From sequence record MG983840.1: a DNA stretch of 64,000 bases. One strand, 5' to 3'. Each line of letters begins with the position of its first letter. Position 1 is the stretch's first letter. This stretch comes from Escherichia phage myPSH1131. Below, in pieces: positions 31,966-42,869 of the stretch. The notes beneath the pieces are model-generated. The model did not search any database, was not told where the DNA came from, and was given only the letters and a program-made list of their open reading frames with translations. A program made the position numbers and the translations under genes.

Positions 31966-32079
31966 AAAAGAATATTAATTACTTATTACCTAAATAATTA
32001 ACTAACTTACTTAAACCAAATTCAATAAGAATAGATAAAAAGATTATTCCTAAGAAAGCTAAAAAGTAAAGGATATAAG

Positions 32080-32244
32080 TTACCATTCAAGTAAACCTTT
32101 AAAGTTAGATTTTTCTACTATCCTCTGATAACGAAGATTAGAATCAGCTTGTTTCTTTAACATCTCATTATACTGATCTCTGATAGAGTCTTTATGTACT
32201 ACAGGTTCTTTAAATAACGAGATCTTGTTCTTTTCTTCTTTCAT
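32080..32244 (-). CDS. hypothetical protein
   Basis: Track ORF trimmed to an internal ATG (MKEEKNK...). Confidence 0.25.
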   Translation of the reverse strand: MKEEKNKISLFKEPVVHKDSIRDQYNEMLKKQADSNLRYQRIVEKSNFKGLLEW

Positions 32245-32713
32245 CAAAGACCTTCCTAATCTCTTGCAGAGAAACAGCTTTATAGTTAATTTGCTCCATT
32301 GATGTACAGAAATATCTCCAATCATCAATTACGTGGTTATGAGTATGAGCATAAATATTAAACTTCCCTCTCATCTCATCAGTGTGAATAGGAATATGAG
32401 TTACCCAAAACTCTTTATATTTATAATCACCAGAGATTCTACGGAAGACTTTCATCATATCAGGGAGAAGTTCTAACCTGTCATGGTTCCCTAAGACTAG
32501 ATGCTTCTCTCCTCTTACTTCAGCGATGATATCAAGGGCATACTTTTCAAACACCCAATCACCGGTAAAGAAGATTTTATCACGTTTAGTTACATGATCA
32601 AATGCAGCTAGGATTGCTTTGTCATGTTCTTCGATGGTTTTAAATTGCTTACGAAAACTACAGATGTTGCGATGGCCTAAGTGACCATCCCCTGCAAAAT
32701 AAACTTCAGCCAT
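32210..32713 (-). CDS. metallophosphoesterase (calcineurin-like)
   Basis: GDGHLGH and GNHD metal-binding motifs. Confidence 0.6.
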   Translation of the reverse strand: MAEVYFAGDGHLGHRNICSFRKQFKTIEEHDKAILAAFDHVTKRDKIFFTGDWVFEKYALDIIAEVRGEKHLVLGNHDRLELLPDMMKVFRRISGDYKYKEFWVTHIPIHTDEMRGKFNIYAHTHNHVIDDWRYFCTSMEQINYKAVSLQEIRKVFDERRKEQDLVI

Positions 32714-32722
32714 AAAGACCTC

Positions 32723-33106
32723 TTAGATAGTTAATTTGTGATCTTCCTCCGCTCTGTTTCTAACAGAGACGGCTTCTTCTAGGGTTGAGAAAGTTCCTAG
32801 GTATTTAGTTTTACCTTTACAGAGAAGCTTGACTTTATTTAATCGAGCACTCCGTTGTAAGAGTTCGACTAAGGAGTGATAAAAGAAAAGCCCTCGAGGA
32901 GAAATCCAAGAGGGTTTATCACACTTAAAGTGCATTGCCAATCTTCCTGTCTTTGGATTAATCTTCTGCTCTGTCTTGGCGTCTGCTAGTGCATCGAACA
33001 TGGGCTTCCACTTTCTAGTCAGAGAACGAATCCCTGACTTGATGAAAGAGTTGTAACGAGCTTCAGTCCACATTCCACTACAGCGAGTCTTCTCAGACTT
33101 CGCCAT
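32723..33106 (-). pseudogene. HNH N-terminal region joined to an AP2-like C-terminus (hybrid, HNH catalytic motif lost)
   Basis: First ~62 aa match the HNH at 26897..27298; then a junction to YLGTFSTLEEAVSVRNRAEED (AP2-like). Confidence 0.4.
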
Positions 33107-33285
33107 AATCAGCTTCTTCCCAAACTCGTTTGTTTACACGATGGCTTACTTTGCCCTCACGAGGAATACGACCAGTTCTCTGATCAAACAGTTGATGTTT
33201 AATCTTTTGGTCTTTACGAGATTCACGATTGGAGGAGTTTTCATCATATGAACGATAATCAAATTTACCCATTATAATATCCTTA

Positions 33286-34008
33286 TTACCAAGATTTATC
33301 TAACCATGTCCAGTCGAACAGGTCTTCCGGAGTCTGACCAACAAAGAGCAGCCGAGCATTCTCGAGCATCTTCTCTTCATCTTCAGTATCGAACTTCTTA
33401 TAATATTCCATTCGTACTATATGATACATGGTCCACTTATCTGTAACACCAGCTAGTAATTTAGCTGCTGCCTTCTTCCCTATTCCTTGGCGTCGAAGCT
33501 GAAGCTTACCGCCCCACATAACTTCTTTACGTTCCCCACATCCGAACAGGTCTTCCGGAGTCTTATGAACGATAATCAAATTTACCCATTATAATCCTTA
33601 TTACCAAGATTTATCTTCAGCTAGTGCATCATCAGCTTCTCTCCCAAAGACCTCAATGTATTCGTACTTGGCTTTAATGTAATCACCAACGTTTTGCCAG
33701 TGAAAAGGTCTTTCTCCGGGAGGTCTGTTTGCCTTGTAGTCTTGTTGCTTAGCAACATCGAAACGGAAGTTACCACCTTCGCTGAAGTAGAATACAACTT
33801 TACTACAACCCGATCGAGCTATGATTGTATCAATCTTGTACTGAAGTCGTTCAATCATGAAATTGTAATCAACTGGAACACGTCCTGTGTCAAGGAAGGG
33901 ATGCTCCTGAGTAAGAGCACCAACTTCATACCGAAGAACGTCAGCGTCCACTATAGCAACTTCAGGGAGCTTAACCTCTTCCATAAATATCATCCTGAGC
34001 TTGAGCAA
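33286..34008 (-). pseudogene. FEN exonuclease copy 2, broken into two fragments
   Basis: Fragments of 135 aa and 97 aa correspond to the N- and C-terminal parts of 27490..28332; the central part is missing. Confidence 0.5.
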
Positions 34009-34870
34009 TAATCCAATCTAGATCTGATACTGCTGATTCGATGGTTGAGTCATTAAACAGTAGATATGTTTTTCTCTGCTCTCCTTCAATATATGAGCGA
34101 GAGTCTCCATCAAAAGAGCAACCGTCTCTAAGAACTTGGACAACTTGGACATGGAAATTCTTTTCTAGTTCTCGTACCTCTGCATCAAAACCTCCGTCAG
34201 TAAACATGACAATATCATCCTGACCTAACCCTTCTTGTTTGATGCTTTTTACAGCAAGATTTCCCATATGGTTGTTGCCAAACATGGGTTTTAAGAAGTC
34301 TTCACTTGTAGAAATCATCAAATCTCTTACAGACTTCCCTCCCCATTCTGGTCTAGGTTTTTCTTTCCATTCACGGTCTTCATAGCGTGCTAGAAAGTTT
34401 TCTAGAGGTATGCCTAGTGCAGCAGCAGCTACCTTGTACATTGGCTCCTTGAAGGATTTGGTTGAATAATTGTGATGGTATGAATGGGCATTGACCCAAG
34501 CATTGGCTATCGTATCTTTACCACAACCCGGAGGCCCATTAAGAATTACTACTAAAGGCTTATAATGGGAATCTCCCACCATGTTGGTCAGTGCTGGATT
34601 GCCTTGAGATTCCATTTCTAATTGCTCCGTGTGGTCATGTGAGTAGTCTACTGGAGAAGTTTTGTTACCAGTAACTTTAGGTAAAATCGCTCTAGTTGTT
34701 TCTACGTATTTACCGCCATCAATATTGATTTGAAACTCTACAAGCTCATTCTGTAACTCATATCCTGATAAGTTGGATAGCTCCTCCAACTCATCTCTGA
34801 CGAAATTTAAATGTTTGATTTTAATTGCAAGAGCTTTCTTTAAAGCTTTTACCTCTTCATTCATTCCCAC
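33971..34870 (-). CDS. P-loop kinase copy 2
   Basis: 299 aa, about 96% aa identity to 28295..29194. Confidence 0.4.
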   Translation of the reverse strand: MGMNEEVKALKKALAIKIKHLNFVRDELEELSNLSGYELQNELVEFQINIDGGKYVETTRAILPKVTGNKTSPVDYSHDHTEQLEMESQGNPALTNMVGDSHYKPLVVILNGPPGCGKDTIANAWVNAHSYHHNYSTKSFKEPMYKVAAAALGIPLENFLARYEDREWKEKPRPEWGGKSVRDLMISTSEDFLKPMFGNNHMGNLAVKSIKQEGLGQDDIVMFTDGGFDAEVRELEKNFHVQVVQVLRDGCSFDGDSRSYIEGEQRKTYLLFNDSTIESAVSDLDWIIAQAQDDIYGRG

Positions 34871-35250
34871 TGAAGTCGTTCAATCATGAAATTGTAATCA
34901 ACTGCCTCCTGTGTCAGGTGAGTAAGAGCACCTACTTCATACCGAAGAACGTCAGCGTCAGCGTCCATAGTCGAACAGGTCTTCCGGAGTCTGACCAACA
35001 AAGAGCAGCCGAGCATTCTCAAGCATCTTCTCTTCATCTTCAGTATCGAACTTCTTATAATATTCCATTCGTACTATATGATACATGGTCCACTTATCTG
35101 TAACATCAGCTAGTAATTTAGCTGCTGCCTTCTTCCCTATACCTTGACGTCGAAGCTGAAGTTTACCACCCCACATAACCTCTTTACGTTCCCCACATCC
35201 GTAAAGTTAGATTGTTCAAGCGAAGATTAGAATCTTTCTTTAACATCTCA

Positions 35251-35667
35251 TTATATTACTACAGGTTCTTTAAATTCAGCTAGTGCATCATCAGCCTCTC
35301 TCCCAAATACATCTATGTATTCATATTTACCTTTAATATAATCACCAACATTTTGCCAGTGAAAAGGTCTCTCTCCGGGAGGTCTATTTGCTTTATAGTC
35401 TTGCTGCTTAGCAACATCAAAACGGAAGTTACCACCTTCGCTGAAGTAGAACACAACCTTGCTGCAACCTGAGCGAGCAATGATTGTATCTATCTTGTAC
35501 TGAAGTCGTTCAATCATGAAATTGTAATCAACTGGAACACGTCCTGTGTCAAGAAAGGGATGCTCCTGAGTAAGAGCACCCACTTCATATCGAAGAACGT
35601 CAGCATCCACTATAGCAACTTCAGGGAGCTTAACTTCTTCCATAAATATCATCCTGAGCTTGTGCAA
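35251..35667 (-). pseudogene. FEN exonuclease copy 3, N-terminal fragment
   Basis: 138 aa matching FEN residues 1-130, then a junction. Confidence 0.45.
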
Positions 35668-36425
35668 TAATCCAATCTAGATCTGATACTGCTGATTCAA
35701 TAGTTGAGTCATTAAACAGTAGATATGTTTTTCTCTGTTCGCCTTCAATATATGAGCGAGAGTCTCCATCAAAAGAGCAACCATCTCTAAGAACTTGGAC
35801 AACTTGGACATGGAAATTCTTTTCTAGTTCTCGTACCTCTGCATCAAAACCTCCGTCAGTAAACACGACAATATCATCCTGACCTAGCCCTTCTTGTTTG
35901 ATGCTTTTTACAGCAAGATCCCCCATATGATTGTTGCCAAATATAGGTTTTAAGAAGTCTTCACTTGTAGAAATCATCAAATCTCTTACAGACTTCCCTC
36001 CCCATTCTGGTCTAGGTTTTTCTTTCCATTCACGGTCTTCATAGCGTGCTAGAAAGTTTTCTAGAGGTATGCCTAGTGCAGCAGCAGCTACCTTGTACAT
36101 TGGCTCCTTGAAGGATTTGGTTGAATAATTGTGATGGTATGAATGGGCATTAACCCAAGCATTGGCTATCGTATCTTTACCACAACCCGGAGGCCCATTA
36201 AGAATTACTACTAAAGGCTTATAGTGGGAATCTCCCACCATATTGGTCAGTGCTGGATTGCCTTGAGATTCCATTTCTAATTGCTCCGTGTGGTCATGTG
36301 AGTAATCTACTGGAGAAGTTTTGTTACCAGTAACTTTAGGTAAAATCGCTCTAGTTGTTTCTACGTACCTACCGCCATCAACATTGATTTGAAACTCTAC
36401 AAGTTCATTCTGTAATTCATACCCT
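35630..36425 (-). pseudogene. P-loop kinase copy 3, lacking start and N-terminus
   Basis: Frame is open upstream of the track start back to a junction near 36425; no in-frame start codon. Confidence 0.4.
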
Positions 36426-36561
36426 GATAAGTTGGATAGCTCCCTGTCTGCTGTATTTAACTATTTACTTTAGCTTCAAGTGTTTCGAAATCCTTTAGAC
36501 AAGAAGAACCCGAACAGTTCAATACTCAAGTCAAATCTAAACCATCAGTGTGAACCCAAAT

Positions 36562-36723
36562 CATTCTTCTTCCTCATATTCCCAATTTCTTTCATAATAT
36601 CCAGAGTTATAGTTTAGGGCGCACTTCTCGGCCTCTTCTATGTCGTCGGTGTTTAGGATATTCACCCACCCTCCAGCTTCATCAAAACCTTCTTCTTCCT
36701 CGTTAATCCATACACTATATTTC
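36562..36723 (-). CDS. small acidic hypothetical protein (paralog of 41747..41947)
   Basis: 53 aa, MKKYSVWINEEEEGFDEAGGWVNILNTDD...; below the ORF-track length cut-off. Confidence 0.3.
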
Positions 36724-36724
36724 T

Positions 36725-37135
36725 TCATCGAATCACCAAAGGCTCTTCAGAGTACACAGGAGCGGCTATTTCTACAGGAGGTGCTGCCCTAAGGTCATTA
36801 AGTCTTACGCCCTTCAGCATACCGTCTAGGTGGTCCTTTTTGGGGATTCCAACAGGGAAGTCATCAATCCAGATATCGACGAAGAAGCCTAACTGTCGAC
36901 ACACCTCATCCTTCTGCACACCATTACAAAAGATGACAGGGATTTGCAGGGTCTCTGCATCATAGAGGATATCCACGTTATCATAACCATTAGGCTCTGA
37001 GAAACGGAAAGTCACGAATCTTACATCATGTCCATACCCTTTCATCAATCCTATCACATCTCTCCACAGTCGTCTGTCTGCTGTGTAAGTGTCATCATAA
37101 TCTAAACCAATATTCATGTCAAACCCTTTAGACAA
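36725..37135 (-). CDS. HAD-family phosphatase, 5'-nucleotidase-like
   Basis: HAD motif I DxDxT in NIGLDYDDTYT. Confidence 0.4.
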   Translation of the reverse strand: MSKGFDMNIGLDYDDTYTADRRLWRDVIGLMKGYGHDVRFVTFRFSEPNGYDNVDILYDAETLQIPVIFCNGVQKDEVCRQLGFFVDIWIDDFPVGIPKKDHLDGMLKGVRLNDLRAAPPVEIAAPVYSEEPLVIR

Positions 37136-37138
37136 GAA

Positions 37139-37165
37139 AAGCCGCCCGAAGGCAGCTTCTTATTT
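37139..37165 (-). terminator. terminator-like hairpin
   Basis: Minus strand reads GCTGCC-TTCG-GGCGGC then TTTTCTT; a near-identical copy sits at about 42465-42490. Confidence 0.45.
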
Positions 37166-37349
37166 AACTGTTCACTTTAGCTTCAAGTGTTTCGTTTTCA
37201 ATACTCAAGTCAATCACTACACCAGTAAGCTCAACGACTGCTTGGCGAAGGGCATCTTTACCCATAGAGTGTACTTGAGATAAGAAGAAAGCTTTACCTT
37301 CTTCAGTGGATAGGGTTTCTTTTAATTCAGAAGCAGTCATTGATATTCC

Positions 37350-37544
37350 TTATGTTATGTTATAAATTCGCATGATTGTACCACCGGTTAGTTCAATTTC
37401 GGCAATCTTCTCATCTCGTTCTAAATCTGTATACACTAGCACATTCTCAAATACACCTGTTGCGTCAGTATAAAGGATGTTATACTTCGGAGGTGGCTTA
37501 CGGTAGATACCTTCCATCACTCTTTCTCCTCTCGTTCTTTCCAC
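37350..37544 (-). CDS. hypothetical protein
   Basis: 64 aa ORF; paralog at 42675..42869. Confidence 0.3.
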   Translation of the reverse strand: MERTRGERVMEGIYRKPPPKYNILYTDATGVFENVLVYTDLERDEKIAEIELTGGTIMRIYNIT

Positions 37545-37700
37545 AGTTCAGCAAGTTCTAAATAAAACTCAGCTTCATCAGGACGTCCTTGTTCATTACA
37601 GATGGCGCTCTGACGATAACACCAATCCGATGGCATCTCTTCCACTTCAATCTCCTTGTTACGAACCAATCAATAAGAATAGTTCATTCATCTTATTTAT

Positions 37701-37892
37701 TCACTCTACCAATGCAGGTACTTCTATCCTTTTAACTGTGAATGACTTGTTTGGAAACTTTCGAACTAGCTCTGCTGCTTTGGTTATTGCTAAGTTCTCT
37801 GTCTCAAAGATACACAGTTGACCATTTAATGCTACGAGAGTGGAGCCACCACTGTAGATGGCCCAAGATTGATAATAACCACGAACACTCAT
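37701..37892 (-). CDS. hypothetical protein
   Basis: 63 aa ORF; paralog at 43026..43220. Confidence 0.3.
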   Translation of the reverse strand: MSVRGYYQSWAIYSGGSTLVALNGQLCIFETENLAITKAAELVRKFPNKSFTVKRIEVPALVE

Positions 37893-37900
37893 AACTCACC

Positions 37901-39745
37901 TTAGTGCGTATGCATCCAGTTAAGTCCAATCTGACAATCAGAGGCCAGAGGACATTCCATATTCAAATACTCACCAGCCTTCTTAACACAAAGCTCGGTG
38001 TGCTCTTTGAGTTTCTGTACATCGTTACGATTAACTGAGAACTGGCCCTCGTCGTGCATATCAATTACCTTAGCACAACGAACTCCATCCTTCTCAATCC
38101 ACTTGTTAAGGAACATCATAGCGTATTTCATAACAACAGCACCAGCACATTGCAGGAGAGTGTTAAGTGCTTTATGAACCATAACTTTACCAGTGGCATC
38201 TCGTCTCATTGTAATCTTACGACCATCAACACCAATCAAGTATCCTTGAGCAGCTTTCTCTGTCATACGATCAATGAGGATTGCAATACATGGGTTCTCT
38301 GCCAAGAAACGTGCTCGCATCACTGAACCTTCGTCAGCCCCACCACCTACAATTGAGCCAAGCTTAGCGTCGCCAGCACCGTAGTTGAATGCATAGATAA
38401 ACGTTTTAGCATTGTCACGAGTAGGAAGACCAGCAAGTTTCTGGTTGTGGGAGTGGATATCACCTTCAAGGAGAATATCACGATACATAATAGCAGAAGC
38501 TAAACCACGTTCTGCCAGAGCTTTCTTAGCTGGGTTGTTCTCTTCGATTGCCTCAGCAAGCATATCCCTACACTCTTTAATGAGGTAGTGAGCTAGCATA
38601 CGAAGTTCAAGTCCAGAACCATCATACCCTAAGAATACTTCTTTGCCAGCGGGTATGTAATATTTGTAAGCACCTATAGGTTTGTCTTTCTTCCCCGGCT
38701 TACCTTTCTCGTAAATTACGTTAGTACCTTTTCGTATATAACAACCATCAGGAACAACGTTAGTAATAACGAAAGGATGAGAATGATCACTGTCTGAGTT
38801 ATAGTCAGACTCAAACAAACTGCGGCACTCGTGACCAAACAAACCACGGGAGGGAATATTAACCACGATACGATGTTTGAATCGAAAAGTCGGCGTAGCG
38901 CAGCTGTTAGCTTCTGCCGAAAGTTTACCATCTTCGCGCTCCTTTGCTATGAGTCCACTGATAAGACCTAGCCTGTGAGCCGCTACAACGCGTCTCTTAA
39001 GCAAACTTCCGACACTCCCTAGCTCACCCCCTAACCCTTCTTCAAGGGTCTCCTCGAGGTTTGTAGGAGCTGTAGGCCACTTGTTTGATGTGGCTAGTGC
39101 TTTCTTAATCTCATCAAACGTTACAGGATTACGGCGATTAGGGTTTAATCCCAAACCAAATACGTAAGCCTTCATATAATTCTTAGTTTTAAACCTGAAA
39201 TGCTTTTCTAAGAACTTCTTAATATCAGCGTCAACCATCTCGGCTGTCTGCTTCTGCTTAGCATTGCCTCGCATCCAAGCAGTATACCATGCTTGGTACG
39301 TTCCATACTTTCTCATATCTTTCTTGATTTCGAAAGTATTCCAAGGCTTCTTAGATACGTTAAACTCTGGAGGAAGAAATCCCTCATCCATAAGAGCTTC
39401 TTTAACTCGTGCATCTTTCGATGGGTCAAAGTCTACGTATTCGACACAGGTGAAAGCTCCACCAATGTCTTCCCTCTTCAGCCCAACCCTATCACAATAG
39501 GCTTGAGGCCACTTCTGTAAAGCTCCAGACTTCTTAAACGGCTTCATATAAGTAGAGCCATCTAATCTCATCTTAGGTAAGAGAGGAATCAGTTCTTTGT
39601 CAATATTAACAATAATCTCTTTAAGGAGGTGAACATACCACCGAGCATTTCTTCGGTTGAAACTCACTCCGTGCTTTGCTTGCTTAGAGATTATATCAGC
39701 GACAGTCATCTCTGTCAAAAATGGAAGAGCGTCCGGGTTGCTCAC
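37901..39745 (-). CDS. DNA polymerase, family A, polymerase domain only
   Basis: Motif A LGYDGSGLELRMLAHY, motif B RDNAKTFIYAFNYGAG, motif C HDEGQF. No 3'-5' exonuclease motifs in this ORF. Confidence 0.85.
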   Translation of the reverse strand: MSNPDALPFLTEMTVADIISKQAKHGVSFNRRNARWYVHLLKEIIVNIDKELIPLLPKMRLDGSTYMKPFKKSGALQKWPQAYCDRVGLKREDIGGAFTCVEYVDFDPSKDARVKEALMDEGFLPPEFNVSKKPWNTFEIKKDMRKYGTYQAWYTAWMRGNAKQKQTAEMVDADIKKFLEKHFRFKTKNYMKAYVFGLGLNPNRRNPVTFDEIKKALATSNKWPTAPTNLEETLEEGLGGELGSVGSLLKRRVVAAHRLGLISGLIAKEREDGKLSAEANSCATPTFRFKHRIVVNIPSRGLFGHECRSLFESDYNSDSDHSHPFVITNVVPDGCYIRKGTNVIYEKGKPGKKDKPIGAYKYYIPAGKEVFLGYDGSGLELRMLAHYLIKECRDMLAEAIEENNPAKKALAERGLASAIMYRDILLEGDIHSHNQKLAGLPTRDNAKTFIYAFNYGAGDAKLGSIVGGGADEGSVMRARFLAENPCIAILIDRMTEKAAQGYLIGVDGRKITMRRDATGKVMVHKALNTLLQCAGAVVMKYAMMFLNKWIEKDGVRCAKVIDMHDEGQFSVNRNDVQKLKEHTELCVKKAGEYLNMECPLASDCQIGLNWMHTH

Positions 39746-39761
39746 TTTATACTCCTTTAAA

Positions 39762-40184
39762 TTATTGGTAAAGTAAATCTGTAAATGCTTGGTTATCTTC
39801 TACTACATTCAGCATGGTTGCTTCATCACTATAAGCCCTAACTGTCCCGTTGACAACTGTCCAAGGAGGGGGCGGAGGTGGTGTATGTGTAGCTCTGGCT
39901 TCACGAGGTTGTTCTCGTACCAGATGAGCCACAACCCTCTGATTAGCAACTTCTTCTCTTTCTCTAATAGCTCTCTGAATGTAGGCCAGCTTCATACCCC
40001 AAGCTTCTTCAAACTCTTGAGGGTGTTTATCACTGATAACCACATACTGACGTTCAGGAATACCAGAGCGAATCTCTGATAATAATTCATGGAACAAATC
40101 TAGTTCATGTTCAGTGAGATTCATTTCGATATCATCCCACTTGAGAACTAAGAAACGGTTTTGGTGTCTAGCTGGTAATGGCAT
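39762..40184 (-). CDS. hypothetical protein
   Basis: 140 aa ORF with a poly-proline stretch (PPPPPPW). Confidence 0.3.
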   Translation of the reverse strand: MPLPARHQNRFLVLKWDDIEMNLTEHELDLFHELLSEIRSGIPERQYVVISDKHPQEFEEAWGMKLAYIQRAIREREEVANQRVVAHLVREQPREARATHTPPPPPPWTVVNGTVRAYSDEATMLNVVEDNQAFTDLLYQ

Positions 40185-40347
40185 CCTACTCCACCTCTAC
40201 TTCAATGTAAGTTCTCTCACCGACGTCATCTTTTAAGACCCATGACTTGGCATCTTCTTCAGACTTAAAAGCTTTCACAACGCTGTAACCACCTTCCCAT
40301 TCATCACCGAACCAGCGCTGTCCTACGTAAATGTATTCTTTCATTAC

Positions 40348-40632
40348 TCAACCTTTTGGGAATGGCATCAAAAATTCCATAGCAGATTTAATCTCATTAT
40401 TGATTCGTGAATCACGATAAGAGATAAACTTACCTTTGCTATCACGTAACATCACATGGGTTCTGGCTGTTTTGTGAGGGAGCAATGTGATACTAGTTGG
40501 AATAGCATCAATCCCTACAGCGTATTTGTCAATAGTCTTACTTTCAGCCAACAGATAAGACCAAGTACGCGGTTTCTGCTCCGGGCGGTTAGGGTATGTG
40601 TCCCGAATTTGAACCATAGCTAACTTATTCAT
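40348..40632 (-). CDS. hypothetical protein, tandem paralog 1
   Basis: Shares a C-terminal GKFISY...PFPKG pattern with the adjacent ORF. Confidence 0.35.
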   Translation of the reverse strand: MNKLAMVQIRDTYPNRPEQKPRTWSYLLAESKTIDKYAVGIDAIPTSITLLPHKTARTHVMLRDSKGKFISYRDSRINNEIKSAMEFLMPFPKG

Positions 40633-40633
40633 A

Positions 40634-40888
40634 TTAAACTCCTTTAGGGAATGGGATGAGATTTTCTACTGCAACACGGAAAGATTTTTCTACGTTCTTA
40701 TTCTTATAAGAGATAAATTTTCCATCAGCTCCTCGAAGGAGTACGTTAGTGCGAGCTGTATTTGGGTTTTGTTGAATCATAGAACGAATGATGTTCTCTG
40801 AACCTCTATGCTTATTGGTGAATTTCCAACTGATAGTTTTACCGGTACGAGTTACATCAATGATATTTACGATTTTTACAATAGACAT
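40634..40888 (-). CDS. hypothetical protein, tandem paralog 2
   Basis: Ends ...GKFISYKNKNVEKSFRVAVENLIPFPKGV. Confidence 0.35.
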   Translation of the reverse strand: MSIVKIVNIIDVTRTGKTISWKFTNKHRGSENIIRSMIQQNPNTARTNVLLRGADGKFISYKNKNVEKSFRVAVENLIPFPKGV

Positions 40889-40957
40889 ATTTATTACCTA
40901 AGAAGTTTAATTTGGTTTATATAAAAGAAAAGGCCACCTGATTAGGCAGCCTTTGTT

Positions 40958-41251
40958 CTAGAGACGAAGCCAAGTTTGATAGTCAGCTTCAGTGTAATGG
41001 TTGTTTCGAGAGTTGTTTTTCATTTCCTTGAGAGTAGCTCTCAGGTCAATGTTATGCTCTCTCCTTGTTCTATTCGGGTCTGTATCTTCTAATAGATGGG
41101 AGTGATCACTACAAGAGTAGTGCTTATAGTGGTCCCTGTATCCTCTACTTGGAGAATACTTGGTCATTAAAGTTGCAACTCTTTTTACACCCTCTGCTTT
41201 ACAGAATTTACAATAAGTGTGAATTGTACATCTTTTTGTTTCTGCTGACAC
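40958..41251 (-). CDS. Cys/His-rich hypothetical protein
   Basis: CTIHTYCKFCK ... HYKHYSCSDHSH suggests metal binding. Confidence 0.3.
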   Translation of the reverse strand: MSAETKRCTIHTYCKFCKAEGVKRVATLMTKYSPSRGYRDHYKHYSCSDHSHLLEDTDPNRTRREHNIDLRATLKEMKNNSRNNHYTEADYQTWLRL

Positions 41252-41261
41252 TATAACCTCT

Positions 41262-41576
41262 TTATGAGCTTAAAGCTCCTTTGCGTGCTCCAGCTGCTTT
41301 TCCAGCTCGATCACCACTTTTGCCGCCGTTTGAACGGTTTGAGCTGACTGATTCAACACGTAAGTTGCTTGACGCATTAGAGCCTCCAGACTTGACAGCT
41401 CGTTTGTGTCCAACGTCTTTACCTCTGACAGCAGCTTTTCCATCGCGCTTTTCAACGATGCGACGTGCACGGTGGCGCTGAGCATCTCCGCTCTTGCTCC
41501 CAATTCCCGTTTCACCGCGCTTGATCGCAGTCCTTCTTTCTTGTGCATAATCTCTCTTTCCTACATGATCTGCCAT
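41262..41576 (-). CDS. small basic protein
   Basis: SD TAAGGAG and a TAATGTATA motif directly upstream on the minus strand. Confidence 0.4.
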   Translation of the reverse strand: MADHVGKRDYAQERRTAIKRGETGIGSKSGDAQRHRARRIVEKRDGKAAVRGKDVGHKRAVKSGGSNASSNLRVESVSSNRSNGGKSGDRAGKAAGARKGALSS

Positions 41577-41613
41577 TTAAAACTCCTTAATATATCAGTG
41601 TACACTAAGGAGT

Positions 41614-41622
41614 ATACATTAT
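41614..41622 (-). promoter_or_regulatory. TAATGTATA promoter motif (minus strand)
   Basis: Plus strand TATACATTA, about 38 nt upstream of the start at 41576. Confidence 0.45.
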
Positions 41623-41746
41623 AAGTTACTGTTAAGCTTTCTTTTCCATTGCTTTAACAATCGCCTTACAGAACCAGAACGAACAATGTCATCCGATTCT
41701 CCGTCTACAATCGCTTTCTTTCCAATTCTATAAGTGTGAACCCAAA

Positions 41747-41947
41747 TCATTCTTCTTCCTCATATTCCCAATTTCTTTCATAATATCCAGAGTTGTAGTT
41801 TAGGGCGCATTTCTCGGCCTCTTCTATGTCGTCTGTGTTTAGGATATTTACCCATCCTCCGACTTCATCAAAACCTTCTTCTACTTCGTTAAACCATACA
41901 CTATACTTTTTCATCGAGAGGTTCTTCCCCAATCTTTTACATAGCAT
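41747..41947 (-). CDS. small acidic hypothetical protein
   Basis: 66 aa; paralog of 36562..36723. Confidence 0.3.
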   Translation of the reverse strand: MLCKRLGKNLSMKKYSVWFNEVEEGFDEVGGWVNILNTDDIEEAEKCALNYNSGYYERNWEYEEEE

Positions 41948-42087
41948 CGACCGTTAACCCACTTTGTCTCTGACTTAAACTCTTGAGACAACCTCACTTC
42001 ACAGTCTTCTCTACTGGCATCTCCTCCGATATCAATCAGATACAGGAATAGAGCTATACCTAAAGCCCAAAGAATTATCTTCTTCAT
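41911..42087 (-). CDS. small secreted/membrane protein
   Basis: From the internal start MKKIILWALGIALFLYLIDIGG (signal or TM segment). Confidence 0.25.
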   Translation of the reverse strand: MKKIILWALGIALFLYLIDIGGDASREDCEVRLSQEFKSETKWVNGRCYVKDWGRTSR

Positions 42088-42139
42088 CGAATCACCAAAG
42101 GAGCAATTCCGCATTCTCTAAAAGTGGCAGGCATATAAT

Positions 42140-42460
42140 CTACATCACCTTCAGATGATGTATGACCAGCTCTCTTCGAGGAAGCATTCTAATCCAGATA
42201 TCGACGAAGAAACCTAACTGTCGACACACCTCATCCTTCTGGACACCATTACAAAAGATGATAGGAATCTGCAAACACTCTGCATCAATCTTAATGTCAT
42301 GATTATCGTACCCATTAGGCTCTGCAAAGCGATAAGTTACAAAGCGTACATCATAGCCCTTTTCTTGCATTAATGCCACTACAGAGCGCCACAGCTTTTT
42401 ATCTGAGGTGTAAGTGTCATCATAATCTAAACCAATATTCATGTCAAATCCTTTAGACAA
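42140..42460 (-). pseudogene. HAD-family phosphatase copy 2, C-terminally divergent or truncated
   Basis: Matches 36725..37135 through VDIWI, then diverges. Confidence 0.4.
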
Positions 42461-42674
42461 GAAAAGCCGCCCTAAGGCAGCTTCTTATTTAACTGTTCAC
42501 TTTAGCTTCAAGTGTTTCGTTTTCAATACTCAAGTCAATCACTACACCAGTAAGCTCAACGACTGCTTGGCGAAGGGCATCTTTACCCATAGAGTGTACT
42601 TGAGATAAGAAGAAAGCTTTACCTTCTTCAGTGGATAGGGTTTCTTTTAATTCAGAAGCAGTCATTGATATTCC

Positions 42675-42869
42675 TTATGTTATGTTATAAATTCGCATGA
42701 TTGTACCACCATTGGCTTCAATAGCAGCAACCATTTGGTTTCGTTCTTCATCCGTGTAAACTAACACACTTCTAAACTCGCCTGTTGCATCAGTATAAAG
42801 GATGTTATATTTTGGAGGCGGTTTACGGTAAATACCTTCCATCACTCTTTCTCCTCTCGTTCTTTCCAC
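42675..42869 (-). CDS. hypothetical protein (paralog of 37350..37544)
   Basis: 64 aa, about 80% identical. Confidence 0.3.
   Translation of the reverse strand: MERTRGERVMEGIYRKPPPKYNILYTDATGEFRSVLVYTDEERNQMVAAIEANGGTIMRIYNIT

Noticed and set aside
31520-32080. Possible tRNA gene in the long non-coding gap
   Set aside because: No T-loop-like GTTCGAATC-type sequence or cloverleaf arrangement could be recognised by eye; a tRNA scan would be needed to exclude one.
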